DNA from: Bacteroides sp.
GTDB taxonomy: Bacteria; Bacteroidota; Bacteroidia; Bacteroidales; Bacteroidaceae
Assembly (NCBI GenBank): GCA_017471925.1
Contig: JAFURM010000008.1
Span: forward strand, 14,861 to 78,860
Direction: 5' to 3'
Length of the DNA: 64,000 nt
Within the stretch, counting starts at the first letter, position 1; the number at the start of each line of letters is the position of its first letter. This document shows positions 52,511 through 62,396 of the stretch, piece by piece. Position numbers and translations under genes: made by a program. The notes beneath the pieces were generated by a model. The model was not told where the DNA came from. It saw only the letters and a list, made by a program, of their open reading frames with translations, and ran no database searches.

Positions 52511-54169
52511 ATGAATTGGTTAGAAAGTTTGTTGTGGGATCCCTCTTCTGTGGCCCATATTGTCTGCCTCTACGCCTTCGTCATTGCGGCAGGTGTGTGG
52601 TTAGGCAAGATTAAAATCTTCGGTGTTTCCCTTGGTGTCACCTTTGTTCTGTTTGCCGGCATTCTGATGGGGCATTTCGGCTTCACAGGCGAAGGGCACA
52701 TTCTCCACTTTATCCGTGAGTTCGGGCTCATCCTGTTCGTGTTCTGCATAGGTCTGCAGGTTGGTCCCTCATTCTTTTCCTCATTCAAGAAGGGAGGGAT
52801 GACCCTGAACATGCTGGCTGTAGCCATCGTGGTGCTGAACATTGTGGTAGCCCTGAGCATATACTTCATTGACGGCAACGTGGAATTGCCCATGATTATC
52901 GGTGTACTTTATGGTGCCGTGACCAACACTCCCGGCCTCGGTGCGGCCAATGAAGCCCTGAACCAACTGCACTATACAGGAGACCCCATAGCACTGGGCT
53001 ATGCCTGTGCCTATCCCCTTGGCGTAGTGGGTATCATCGGTTCCATCATCGCCATACGCTACATCTGCCGCGTGAACATGAACAAAGAGGAAGAGAGCCT
53101 CAACCAGGGAGCCGACCTGAAACACAAGCCCCACATGCTCCACTTGGAGGTGCGCAATGAGTCCATCTCGGGCAAGACCTTGATTCAGGTCAAAGAGTTC
53201 CTGGGACGACCGTTTGTATGCTCACGCATCTGCCATGAAGGCCACGTCTCCATCCCCAACCATGAAACCCTATTTACCATGGGCGACCAACTGTTCATCG
53301 TCTGCTCCGAGGAGGACGCGGCTGCCGTGACGGCTTTCATAGGACGCGAAATCAAGGTGGACTGGGAAAAGCAGGACATGCCGATGGTATCGCGCCGCAT
53401 CCTGGTCACCAAGTCGGACATCAATGGCCGCAAGCTGGGCGACATGCACTTCCGCAGCATGTATGGCGTAAACGTTACCCGCGTGAACCGTTCGGGCATG
53501 GACCTTTTCGCCGACCCCAACCTGGTGTTGCAGGTGGGCGACCGCGTCATGGTGGTGGGCCAACAAGATGCCGTAGAGCGGGTGGCACGCGTCCTGGGCA
53601 ATGAGTTGAAGCGCCTGGACACTCCCAACATTCTGACCATCTTCGTAGGCATCTTCCTGGGCATCCTGCTGGGCAGCCTGCCCATAGCCTTCCCCGGCAT
53701 GCCCACTCCCGTGAAACTGGGCTTAGCAGGCGGACCGTTGGTAGTGGCCATCCTGATAGGCCGCTTCGGACACAAGCTGCGCTTAGTGGCCTATACCACC
53801 ATGAGTGCCAACCTGATGCTGCGCGAAATCGGCATCGTGCTCTTCCTGGCCAGTGTGGGCATCGAGGCAGGCGAACATTTCGTGGAGACAGTGGTGCATG
53901 GCAACGGTCTTTCCTACGTAGGTTATGGCTTTCTGATTACCGTAGTTCCGCTACTAATTGTAGGCATCGTGGCACGGCTCTATTTCAAGGTGAACTACTT
54001 CACCCTGATGGGTCTCATAGCAGGCAGCAACACCGACCCGCCCGCACTGGCCTACTCCAACCAGACTGCAGGCAATGATGCACCGGCCGTGGGCTACTCC
54101 ACAGTATATCCGCTGACCATGTTCCTGCGCATCCTGACCGGCCAGATGATTCTGTTGGCCATGATGTGA
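52511..54169 (+). CDS. AspT/YidE family transporter with two TrkA-C (RCK-C) domains
   Basis: [58 protein letters not shown]. Confidence 0.9.
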   Translation: MNWLESLLWDPSSVAHIVCLYAFVIAAGVWLGKIKIFGVSLGVTFVLFAGILMGHFGFTGEGHILHFIREFGLILFVFCIGLQVGPSFFSSFKKGGMTLNMLAVAIVVLNIVVALSIYFIDGNVELPMIIGVLYGAVTNTPGLGAANEALNQLHYTGDPIALGYACAYPLGVVGIIGSIIAIRYICRVNMNKEEESLNQGADLKHKPHMLHLEVRNESISGKTLIQVKEFLGRPFVCSRICHEGHVSIPNHETLFTMGDQLFIVCSEEDAAAVTAFIGREIKVDWEKQDMPMVSRRILVTKSDINGRKLGDMHFRSMYGVNVTRVNRSGMDLFADPNLVLQVGDRVMVVGQQDAVERVARVLGNELKRLDTPNILTIFVGIFLGILLGSLPIAFPGMPTPVKLGLAGGPLVVAILIGRFGHKLRLVAYTTMSANLMLREIGIVLFLASVGIEAGEHFVETVVHGNGLSYVGYGFLITVVPLLIVGIVARLYFKVNYFTLMGLIAGSNTDPPALAYSNQTAGNDAPAVGYSTVYPLTMFLRILTGQMILLAMM

Positions 54170-54174
54170 GAGTA

Positions 54175-54195
54175 GATAATTGATAGTTGATAATT
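54175..54195 (+). repeat. 3 tandem GAYARTT heptamers
   Basis: gataatt gatagtt gataatt, same unit as 7177-7246. Confidence 0.75.
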
Positions 54196-54199
54196 TCAG

Positions 54200-54318
54200 G
54201 AATAGCGAATCCCTGTCTCTCGATATCACATCGGGAAGACAGGGATTGTTGTCTCTTGACAATAGTGTGTGTGTAGTTACGTAATTATGACTAACTAATT
54301 CATTCCTTAAAAATCTGA
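54200..54318 (-). ncRNA. Candidate ~115-nt small RNA downstream of the imelysin/cytochrome operon
   Basis: Own -7 element TACCTTTG (54324-54331), no credible ORF, (AC)5 tract, closing hairpin AATCCCTGTCT / AGACAGGGATT at 54208-54247. Confidence 0.55.
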
Positions 54319-54321
54319 CGA

Positions 54322-54403
54322 TGCAAAGGTAAAGGGTTTGCCAGGAAAGGACAATACCACAAATCAGGTAAAAAGACAAGGGGGAAATACCTATTGGTAG
54401 GTA
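54322..54403 (-). promoter_or_regulatory. Promoter with tandem TACC-N8-GGTA operators
   Basis: TGCAAAGGTA-N20-CAATACCACAAATCAGGTA, then TACCTATTGGTAGGTA; same layout as 63775-63855. Confidence 0.7.
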
Positions 54404-54447
54404 CCCCCCGGGGGGGGGGCAAGCGGGAGAGAAAGCCCCGCTATCCG

Positions 54448-56541
54448 TCAGCCGTTGGCATAGCTGTGCATACCGCCCAGGAAACAGTTCACTCCGAACC
54501 AAGTCATCAGCACCGCCAAGAAAGCCGCCACCACGTAGCCATGAAAGAAGCGTGGACGACGGAAACAGGCGAACGGACCGGCATGGAAAGCCGCCGCATA
54601 GACCAGGAAGGTAATCAAGGCCCACACCTCCTTGGGATCCCAAGCCCAATAGCGTCCCCAAGAGACATTGGCCCAGACGGCACCGATAAAGATTCCCGCC
54701 CCCAGAAAGAAAGTGGCCGGATAGAGCATCAGACGGCTGAGAAGCATCAGGCGTTCACCCTCCCCGGGCAGACAGAAAGCCAACAGCCCATTAAGCATCA
54801 TAAAGGCAAACAAGGCATAGGAAATCATGATGAAAGAGACATGCGTACTGAGCCAGGGAGAGACCAGCACCGGCATCAAGGGAGTAACCTGCGGATTCAT
54901 CTCGCCCAAATGGGCCACCAGAAGAGTGAACCCCGAGAGCAGGAAACCAAACGGAAGCAAGAAAGGCCATCGACGATATAGCAGCAGAGCCATGACCAGC
55001 GCACAGAGAGACATGAACTGCATGGTCTCATAACCATTGCTCAAAGGCATGCGTCCGGCAATGTACCAACGCAGCAGATAACCCGCCAGATGAAACAGGC
55101 AGGAAAGCCATAGGGCCACAGCCAATCCACGACCGACCCACCCCATGCGTAGGGAGACACCGCGGACATCCCCGCCCGCCCCGCCACGCAACAAGCGGAA
55201 GAGCAGACGGGCAAGCCCGAGAAGGCCCAAGGAGAGATTGAGCATAAAGAGAAGACGACTGAACGGAAGCCGGTTGTAGAGAATTTCGGCACGAAGACGA
55301 AGTTCGGAAAGCGGTGCCGACGTGCCGTCATCGGACAACGTCTGGAAAAGCGTCCCCCCCAGCAACATTCCCACCAGAGCCACCTTCTCATCCGTTTCCA
55401 GCACCGCCTTTTCCATGGATGAGGGACGGCCGCTTCCCTCCCTTCCGCCATGCCGGAAACGGCGCAAGCGATAATCTCCATCCTGAAACAAATCGACCAG
55501 ACGGGCATAGGCAGAAGAGAGCTGCAGGCTGTCGCGCAATGCCTGACTCCTGATGCGGATAATCGGGACATTTCTCCACGCTTCCGGATAGGCCATCCAG
55601 CTGCCCACAATCTCCTCGGCCGAAAGAGCACCGAAAGAGGGGTGTCCCGTCAGTTTCTTCACCAAGTCTGTAGCCATCGTATGGAAGGGAGCGACACGTC
55701 CATTATAAACGACCTGCGTCCTGGCCAGGCTGTCGGCCAAAGACGATGAAATGACGGGAAGCCTGCGGGCGGCCTGTCCCTCCAGACCTCCGTTCCACAG
55801 GAGCATCAGCAGCAACACCGCCCCACCCTTCAGTAAAGGATGATGCAGCAAACGCCAGAACTCGCCCCGACGATACAGTAACAGGAGCAGCATGGAAAGT
55901 CCCAACAGTAGATAGCCGGCATAGGTAATCCCCGTGCCCCAAGGATCGTGATTCACGGTCAGCCAACTGCCGGTTCCGTCATCGTCATAGGAAGCCTGAC
56001 AGAAACGGTAGCCCTGATAGTCCAGCACGTTGTTCATGGAGACAGCAGCCTGTAACAAGAGGCGTGAAGCGGCAGGCGTTTCCTCCGCCGTAGGCAAGGC
56101 GAGAAGAGTCACCCGGCTTACATAATCGGAAGGAGTCTCCGTACCCGCATAGCAGACTATCCGGAAAGAGTCCAGAAGCAGTTCAAAGGGCAAGGGACAG
56201 AGTTTCCGGCTCTCTTCCTCCACATAATACCTCACCGGATGTCCCCTCTCCAGATGGACATGCCCTCGCCGCCCCCAAAGATGGGTTGTCATGGCCCCTG
56301 CCAGAATGAACAGCAGGGAGCCATGAGCCAACACAACAGGAACACGGCGCCACATGCGCCGCCGAAGCATACAGCCCAGGGAGAGCAACGCCAATGTTCC
56401 CCAACAACAACAAAACCATGGGGATTGATAGATGTGTGCAGTGACAAACGGTGTACCACAGCCTCGCTCCGCCAAAGTAGCGACAGCAAGCAGGCTGATG
56501 ATGGACACATAGCACACGGCAATAACCGACTTCAATTTCAT
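54448..56541 (-). CDS. ccsA: Fused cytochrome c synthase, System II (CcsB/ResB-CcsA)
   Basis: WWD motif WANVSWGRYWAWDPKEVW, MPLSNGYE, His candidates AHG, STHVS, AFHA, GMHSY; ResB-like N-terminus. Confidence 0.9.
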   Translation of the reverse strand: MKLKSVIAVCYVSIISLLAVATLAERGCGTPFVTAHIYQSPWFCCCWGTLALLSLGCMLRRRMWRRVPVVLAHGSLLFILAGAMTTHLWGRRGHVHLERGHPVRYYVEEESRKLCPLPFELLLDSFRIVCYAGTETPSDYVSRVTLLALPTAEETPAASRLLLQAAVSMNNVLDYQGYRFCQASYDDDGTGSWLTVNHDPWGTGITYAGYLLLGLSMLLLLLYRRGEFWRLLHHPLLKGGAVLLLMLLWNGGLEGQAARRLPVISSSLADSLARTQVVYNGRVAPFHTMATDLVKKLTGHPSFGALSAEEIVGSWMAYPEAWRNVPIIRIRSQALRDSLQLSSAYARLVDLFQDGDYRLRRFRHGGREGSGRPSSMEKAVLETDEKVALVGMLLGGTLFQTLSDDGTSAPLSELRLRAEILYNRLPFSRLLFMLNLSLGLLGLARLLFRLLRGGAGGDVRGVSLRMGWVGRGLAVALWLSCLFHLAGYLLRWYIAGRMPLSNGYETMQFMSLCALVMALLLYRRWPFLLPFGFLLSGFTLLVAHLGEMNPQVTPLMPVLVSPWLSTHVSFIMISYALFAFMMLNGLLAFCLPGEGERLMLLSRLMLYPATFFLGAGIFIGAVWANVSWGRYWAWDPKEVWALITFLVYAAAFHAGPFACFRRPRFFHGYVVAAFLAVLMTWFGVNCFLGGMHSYANG

Positions 56542-56569
56542 TTCTTCATCCTTCCATTCCTAACAACGC

Positions 56570-57697
56570 TCAATACGGGGCATACGCTGCATGTTCCATT
56601 TCCTTCACCGCCATGCACTCCATCTCTATCAGCCATCCCGGACGGCACACTGGGGCAAGAAGGAACACCTTGGGAGTGTCAGGGAAACGGACGTCATACA
56701 TTTCCTTCACCACAGCATAGTCGGCCGCATCGCGCAGATAGACAATCATCTGGCTCACATGTTCAAAGCCACATCCGGCCTCCACAAGCAAAGCCTCCAC
56801 ATTTTCCCACATACGCAGGGTCTGCCGGCGGATGTCACCGGGATAAAGCACCTCCCCCTTATCGTTGATGCTGGCCGTGCCCGAGATGAAGACCTGCCGA
56901 CGGTCGCCATAGTCCACACAGGTGCCCCGTTCAAAGCTGACACCATATTCATACGTAGGGTTCAGGTGAGTACGAGCATAAAGATAGCTCACCTGTCCGG
57001 CTTGCAATCCCTCCACGGCATAGCTGTCCATCTGCACCAGCACCTTCGGGTCGGCATGACGGCCGGCAATGCCCGTGCTGGCAATGAAGTGGGTTTCGGG
57101 AGTCAGGTTCTGAGTGACGAAGACCTCGTTGCGGGCTTTCACCACACCGGCATAGTTCACGTCCACATTCTGTACGAAGAACCAGGTACGGATACAATGT
57201 TCTGCCAGTCTGCACCCCTGTCCCATGAGCTGCATGACATAGTCGTTCAGCAGCAGACGCGTCTGATATTCGGCATTAGCAGCCCTGTTGCAGGCACTTC
57301 CGCCCCACAAGTGACGGTAACGGCCATGAGCCACCTCGTAGAGTCCGCAGGAGAGGGCACGTCCCTGTATTCCGGTCTGCAGATAGGCCCACAAGGCTAC
57401 CTTGCTCCCATTGAGGGGCGGTTGTTCCACTACCGAAAGGGCACAGTCTGTGGTCTCGGCCGTAAGGGCCAGCAACGCATCAGCCTGATTGGCAGCATCG
57501 CTCAGGAAATAACGTTTGAAGACAGCCACAGCCCCCGGCAGTTCATTGCCAAGCAAACGGTCATAAGTCTCGGAAAGGGCCTCCAACTGTTCGGTAAAGG
57601 TGAGGGTGGTATCGGTGACATGAATCATGGCATGATACTCGCACACCCCCTCCTTCACTTCATATCTGGACAGTTCGGTTTTTGTATTTTCGTTCAT
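56570..57697 (-). CDS. Multi-domain Rid/YjgF-fold enzyme (chorismatase FkbO/Hyg5-like size)
   Basis: 375 aa, no signal peptide; IRTWFF, ARNEVF, IASTGI, SFERG, FISGTASI, VCRPGWLIEME. Confidence 0.75.
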   Translation of the reverse strand: MNENTKTELSRYEVKEGVCEYHAMIHVTDTTLTFTEQLEALSETYDRLLGNELPGAVAVFKRYFLSDAANQADALLALTAETTDCALSVVEQPPLNGSKVALWAYLQTGIQGRALSCGLYEVAHGRYRHLWGGSACNRAANAEYQTRLLLNDYVMQLMGQGCRLAEHCIRTWFFVQNVDVNYAGVVKARNEVFVTQNLTPETHFIASTGIAGRHADPKVLVQMDSYAVEGLQAGQVSYLYARTHLNPTYEYGVSFERGTCVDYGDRRQVFISGTASINDKGEVLYPGDIRRQTLRMWENVEALLVEAGCGFEHVSQMIVYLRDAADYAVVKEMYDVRFPDTPKVFLLAPVCRPGWLIEMECMAVKEMEHAAYAPY

Positions 57698-57741
57698 AAT
57701 CTATAGTTTTGTTGTTGAGAATGTGTGTTGCAGGCGTGCCG

Positions 57742-58467
57742 CTACTTCTCCGCACCGCCTTCTATCCAGTCGGCAACTAGCTGCTGCATAGTCTCGGACA
57801 GCACCTCCTTGGAGTGGTCATAGCTCCATGAGGCCGTGATGTCAGTGGAGAGCAAGCGATAGAGCAGGCTGTTCTCCGCATCATGAGGCTTCAGCAGCAG
57901 TTCGCCAGGCATCACGGTAGAGGGTTGGTTCAGCAGGGCCGCATAGCTGTGTCCCGCTGTCAGGTAGAGTCCGGCAGCCGCCTGCGTACTGGCTCCGTGA
58001 CAGTTGGCACACGTCGTGTTAAACAGTTGATCCTGAATGGTAGCATACATGCTGACATCCAGAGTGCCGGCATCCATATAGAGCGTGTCATCAGCGAAGA
58101 AGGCACAATCCATGGAGAGGAAAGTCAGCACCCGTTTGCGCAGTTTGTTGATGACACAAAGTTCCACCGTGCTCACCTCCTCGCCGATACCGGCCATCAC
58201 CACCTGCTGCACAGCGTCTGCTGCGGCAGAGGAGACACTCTTGGTCATCACTGCATACTCGCTCTTGCCATTGAAACCAGCCACGACAACGCTGTAGTCC
58301 TCGGTCCACTTTTCACATCCGGCCAGCCGACCGGTCAGTTTCAGTACACGTCCGTCACCTGCGTTCTGCACCGTGTGTTCATAGATGCGTCCATCGTCGC
58401 AGGCACTGAACAGGAAGATGGAGAGTGATAGTATGAACAGGAGAATAGATAAAGCATTCCATTTCAT
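57742..58467 (-). CDS. Mono-heme c-type cytochrome lipoprotein
   Basis: Start MKWNAL (ATG 58467), lipobox FSAC, CANCH, distal DH candidate, WIEGGA end. Confidence 0.8.
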   Translation of the reverse strand: MKWNALSILLFILSLSIFLFSACDDGRIYEHTVQNAGDGRVLKLTGRLAGCEKWTEDYSVVVAGFNGKSEYAVMTKSVSSAAADAVQQVVMAGIGEEVSTVELCVINKLRKRVLTFLSMDCAFFADDTLYMDAGTLDVSMYATIQDQLFNTTCANCHGASTQAAAGLYLTAGHSYAALLNQPSTVMPGELLLKPHDAENSLLYRLLSTDITASWSYDHSKEVLSETMQQLVADWIEGGAEK

Positions 58468-58497
58468 AGCATGTTTCTTTATTAGGAAGTCCGGCAT

Positions 58498-59709
58498 TTA
58501 AAAACAATATTGCAGTTGCACGATACCGGTGTGTGTGGCCAGTCCCAGGTTATCATTGTCGCGGTCCAGTTGGGTGTCGTGTCCCGTACGGCCTATGTAC
58601 TGATACATGGCCTGCAGTTTCAGGTTGCAGTCTTTGAAGAAGTAGTTGATGCCTACTGCCGGCATGTTGAGAAAGCCGTTAGTGTCTATTCCGTTGCGAT
58701 TGAAGAAATCATACCTTACCGCAACCTGCAGGCGGGGAGCCACGAAATAGCCGCCCTGCACATACCCGCCCAGGAAATCGTATGAGCCATCTATTTTCTG
58801 TCGTTTGGTGAAACCCACGTGCATGTAGTAGACCTCGGCCGCCAGATAGAGCCTGCGTTTCAGCATGGCAAATTCCAGTCCGGCACGGAAGTCGTTGGTA
58901 CTTTCGTTCTCGCTTTCCACATTCATGGAGGCCGACAGGCCGAAAAGCATTTTGTTTTCGTTCAGGCGATTGGGATTGCCTTGCGTGGAGGGCATGACTC
59001 CCTTGGGCATGTAGGTGAGACGTCCGGCATAGAGCAGTGAGGGGATGTGCCAGTCATCACTGAAAGTTTTTCCGGCCGTGTTCGTGGATGCGCCCGTACC
59101 GTTGAATATGCCCACTTCATAGCCGAAGCGGTTATCCAGCAAGCCATGTAGTTCTACACCGAGGTCGAATCCGGTGGCCATATTGGGGGTAACGGCGTTC
59201 AACGAGTAGGGTTGGATGACGGCCGAAGTGAGCGAAACCGGTAATGACGGCATCAATGTTTCGCCCAAAGTGGTGAGATAGGCATGAGAGAAAGGAGTCT
59301 TGAACTTGCCTGCACGCAGGGCCAAGGACTTCCTGAACTGCACGTCAAACCATGCCTGCTGCAGCAGGGTGCCTCCACTGGAGGCTGCATTGACGGAGAG
59401 GTTGAAGGTGACTTTTCCAAAGGCTTTTCCCGTGAAGCCAAGTACGGCATAGGGTATGGAGAAGCCGGAGTTGGCCACGTTGTCCTGATTGTAAGCCTTG
59501 TCCAGTCCCTCGTCATCATACCAGCGGAAGTTGGCAGCTGTCTGTACCAGCAGATAGGGTTTGAAGACAAAATCGCCTTTCTTGGACTCGATGGTGAAAC
59601 CTTCACGGCCGGCCAGCGAAACCACACCGTTCTCGGTCTCTTCTTCATGTTGGGCCATGAGGGCCAGGGGAAAGGCCGCAAGCATGGCAATGAGTAGTCT
59701 CTTTTTCAT
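58498..59709 (-). CDS. Porin-like outer-membrane beta-barrel (OprO/OprP-like)
   Basis: Signal peptide, QAWFD..RAGKFKTPF, GIFNGTG, AVRYD, C-terminal QYCF. Confidence 0.75.
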   Translation of the reverse strand: MKKRLLIAMLAAFPLALMAQHEEETENGVVSLAGREGFTIESKKGDFVFKPYLLVQTAANFRWYDDEGLDKAYNQDNVANSGFSIPYAVLGFTGKAFGKVTFNLSVNAASSGGTLLQQAWFDVQFRKSLALRAGKFKTPFSHAYLTTLGETLMPSLPVSLTSAVIQPYSLNAVTPNMATGFDLGVELHGLLDNRFGYEVGIFNGTGASTNTAGKTFSDDWHIPSLLYAGRLTYMPKGVMPSTQGNPNRLNENKMLFGLSASMNVESENESTNDFRAGLEFAMLKRRLYLAAEVYYMHVGFTKRQKIDGSYDFLGGYVQGGYFVAPRLQVAVRYDFFNRNGIDTNGFLNMPAVGINYFFKDCNLKLQAMYQYIGRTGHDTQLDRDNDNLGLATHTGIVQLQYCF

Positions 59710-59746
59710 TGTTATTGTTGTTGTCGTTTGTTGATGTCCATGTTTT

Positions 59747-61177
59747 TCAGAGGGAATGGAGGAAGGCTATCAGCGCATCGCGGTCTTCACGTGGCATCTG
59801 CCTGAAGAGATTCTTGGAAGCCTCTCCCTCGCCGCCGTGCCACATGATAGCCTCCAGCAGGTTGCGAGCCCTGCCATCGTGCAGGAAGTAGGTGTGTCCG
59901 TTTACCTTCTCTTGTAGGCCGATGCCCCACAGGGGTGTAGTGCGCCATTCATTGCCACGTGCCAGGCCGCTGACATAATTGTCGTTCAGGCCCACTCCCA
60001 TGATTTCGGAACCCATGTCATGCAGCAGGAAGTCTGAATAGGGATGCACCGTCTGCCCGCCCAGCCAGGGCAGGCCTGTACCGTTCAGGAGTGTGGAACC
60101 TCGCGGACGGGTGTGAAGGGTGGTGACATGACACAGGTGACACTTGGCCTGATAGAACATCTCTTCACCACGTTTCACTGTGGGATCATTCACATTGCGC
60201 CGTGCCGGTACTCCCAGTCCCTGCATATAGAGGTCCACATTTTCCATGTCCTCGGTACTGATGTCCAGTTGGTCGTAAGAGAGGCCCATCATACTGCCAC
60301 CCTGCATCTGACTCTGTCCCTCGCAGATTTCTTCGGGATAACGGCTGTTGGTCACTCCCATATCGCTGGAGAAGCCGAGTTCCACCGTCAGGTCGGCATG
60401 TTGTGCCTTGTTGCCGCTCAAGCCAAGGCTCTTCACGCCCCGCTCGGTGATGTAGTTGCAGCGCCCGCTGATGCCATATTCCGGATAGTTGCTCCGCGCA
60501 GCCAAGGTCTCGATCTCTGCCTGGTCCAAAGCCATCATCTGCCCCATGCCCACATGACGAAGGGGGATTCGCACAGTGCAGAAGAGGTCCTCGGGAGCAA
60601 TGCTGTCGGCATACCACTCCGTGATTTCATAACCGGGCACACAGAGTTCATAGGTCTCTCCGTCAGGGAAGGAGAAGGTTTCACAGCGCAGGGAGGTGCG
60701 TAGTTTTCCTTCGGGCTGCACGCCATAGATGGCCTGGTCATGCAAGACGCGTCCATAGTCGGGAAAGAAAGCCCCGTTCTTGCGGGTGATGTAGACCAGC
60801 ATGGCCGAGAAGCCATAACTTCCCGAGCCCTTTTCGCTCCACAGGGCGGGCTTCGTGCGTCCGGCATTGCGATGACAACTTCCGCACGAATAGCCGGCAT
60901 AGACCGGTCCCAGGCCTCCTCCATGTCCGTTGCTGCTGGTGCGAATGTCATCATAGAGTTTGTCGCCACGGATAAACCGGGACTCATAGGTGCCGCTCAG
61001 CCAATCGGCCGGTGAGTCGTAGGCATAAGAGGAGTTGACGAAGAGGGTCGACGTACCGGCCGAAAGGGCATAATTGTCGGGTATCTCCAGGTCGCGCACA
61101 TCCATGCCCTCTTCTTCACAGGAGGGCAGGAAGGGCAGGACAGCCAGCAGCAACAGGATGTTACGGATGGTTCTCAT
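59747..61177 (-). CDS. Di-heme oxidoreductase-family lipoprotein
   Basis: Lipobox LPSC; GLGP..CGSCH, CHLCH, PYSDFLLHDMG, EWRTTPLWG, LHDGRAR..EAIMWHGGE. Confidence 0.9.
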   Translation of the reverse strand: MRTIRNILLLLAVLPFLPSCEEEGMDVRDLEIPDNYALSAGTSTLFVNSSYAYDSPADWLSGTYESRFIRGDKLYDDIRTSSNGHGGGLGPVYAGYSCGSCHRNAGRTKPALWSEKGSGSYGFSAMLVYITRKNGAFFPDYGRVLHDQAIYGVQPEGKLRTSLRCETFSFPDGETYELCVPGYEITEWYADSIAPEDLFCTVRIPLRHVGMGQMMALDQAEIETLAARSNYPEYGISGRCNYITERGVKSLGLSGNKAQHADLTVELGFSSDMGVTNSRYPEEICEGQSQMQGGSMMGLSYDQLDISTEDMENVDLYMQGLGVPARRNVNDPTVKRGEEMFYQAKCHLCHVTTLHTRPRGSTLLNGTGLPWLGGQTVHPYSDFLLHDMGSEIMGVGLNDNYVSGLARGNEWRTTPLWGIGLQEKVNGHTYFLHDGRARNLLEAIMWHGGEGEASKNLFRQMPREDRDALIAFLHSL

Positions 61178-61184
61178 GAGGTTG

Positions 61185-62330
61185 TCACTTTACGGTACGT
61201 GGATTGCCGTCCTTGAAGAGCAGGTATTCCAGGGTGTGGAAACCACGCACACTCTGTGCGGCTTCAATGGCATCGTCGCTGTCGCCGTCGCTCCAGTTCA
61301 GGTCGTCATAATTGCCCGAGGTGAGAATCTGCACGATGGCATCCTGATCCAAGGGCCAACTGTCCATGTTGGGATCCAGTCCCAGGGCGTCCACGGGTCC
61401 GAAGAGGAAGGCCTCGCTTTCCTCCCAAGGGCGGCGTGCTTCCAGCCAGGCGTCACAGGCCTTCTCAAAGTTGGAGTCGGTGGGATTCTTGGTAAAGGCC
61501 ACCACGGCATCATAAAGGGCGGCATTGCCGTTCTTCAGGTCCAGGTAAGTGGGCATCACCACTCCGTCTACATAGTTGACCACCACGGCTGCCAGTTGTT
61601 CATTGGTCAGGGTGTTGCGTACCAAGGGCAGCAGTCTGTTATCCATCACCTCCACCAGTTCGGCACAAGCCGTCATGGCCTCACGTGCCTCCTGGCTGTT
61701 GATGTGGTTACGGAAGGGTTGGGGAATATCCTGAATGGCCTGTGCCGCCTTGTTGATGGCCGCCTTCACGGTAGCGTCCAAAGTAGCATCAACATCTGCC
61801 ACCACTTTGGAGAGAGAAGCCTGGTGCAGGGTTCCGTCCAAAGAGCCGAGATAGGCGTTGCGGATGGAGTAGATGTTATTGGTATAGTCATCGCGGGAGT
61901 GCCAACTGTACCAGGACTCCACGGCATAGAGTGCCTCTGTGGTTCTTCCGCTGACATAGAGGTTGTAAGGGTCACCTATCTTGGCTGTTCCTACTTCGGT
62001 GGCAATGGTGATGCAGCCGTCCACCACCTGTTCCACACAGTCCTTGGCTGTCTGATAGTCCGAGAGTGTCTGATGCTTGAATCCATCGGCAAAAGAGGCA
62101 CCTCCGTTATAGCTTGTGTTCCAGGCTTCATAAAGTGTGTTGGCATCGTTTTTCAACAAGCTTGCCACGTTCTTCATATAATTGTGCCAACTTTGTGCAT
62201 TGGCCGCACTGTAGTCCAGGTCGGCCGATGATACATTCTCCGGATTTTCATCGTCATCGCTGCTGCATGACACAGCAGTCATGGCAAGGCCCAACATGAG
62301 CACTGCCGCAAAAAGGAAATTCTTCTTCAT
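61185..62330 (-). CDS. Imelysin (M75)-family iron-binding lipoprotein
   Basis: Lipobox AVSC-SSDDDE, EVGTAKIGDP, VESWYS, WEESEAFLFGP, MDSWP, GFHTLEYLLF (GxHxxE). Confidence 0.9.
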   Translation of the reverse strand: MKKNFLFAAVLMLGLAMTAVSCSSDDDENPENVSSADLDYSAANAQSWHNYMKNVASLLKNDANTLYEAWNTSYNGGASFADGFKHQTLSDYQTAKDCVEQVVDGCITIATEVGTAKIGDPYNLYVSGRTTEALYAVESWYSWHSRDDYTNNIYSIRNAYLGSLDGTLHQASLSKVVADVDATLDATVKAAINKAAQAIQDIPQPFRNHINSQEAREAMTACAELVEVMDNRLLPLVRNTLTNEQLAAVVVNYVDGVVMPTYLDLKNGNAALYDAVVAFTKNPTDSNFEKACDAWLEARRPWEESEAFLFGPVDALGLDPNMDSWPLDQDAIVQILTSGNYDDLNWSDGDSDDAIEAAQSVRGFHTLEYLLFKDGNPRTVK

Positions 62331-62396
62331 GATTGTTCGTCTTGTGTATGATTATGGATGATTGATTGTTGTGTGTGTGTATCCGCTCTTCAGGCC

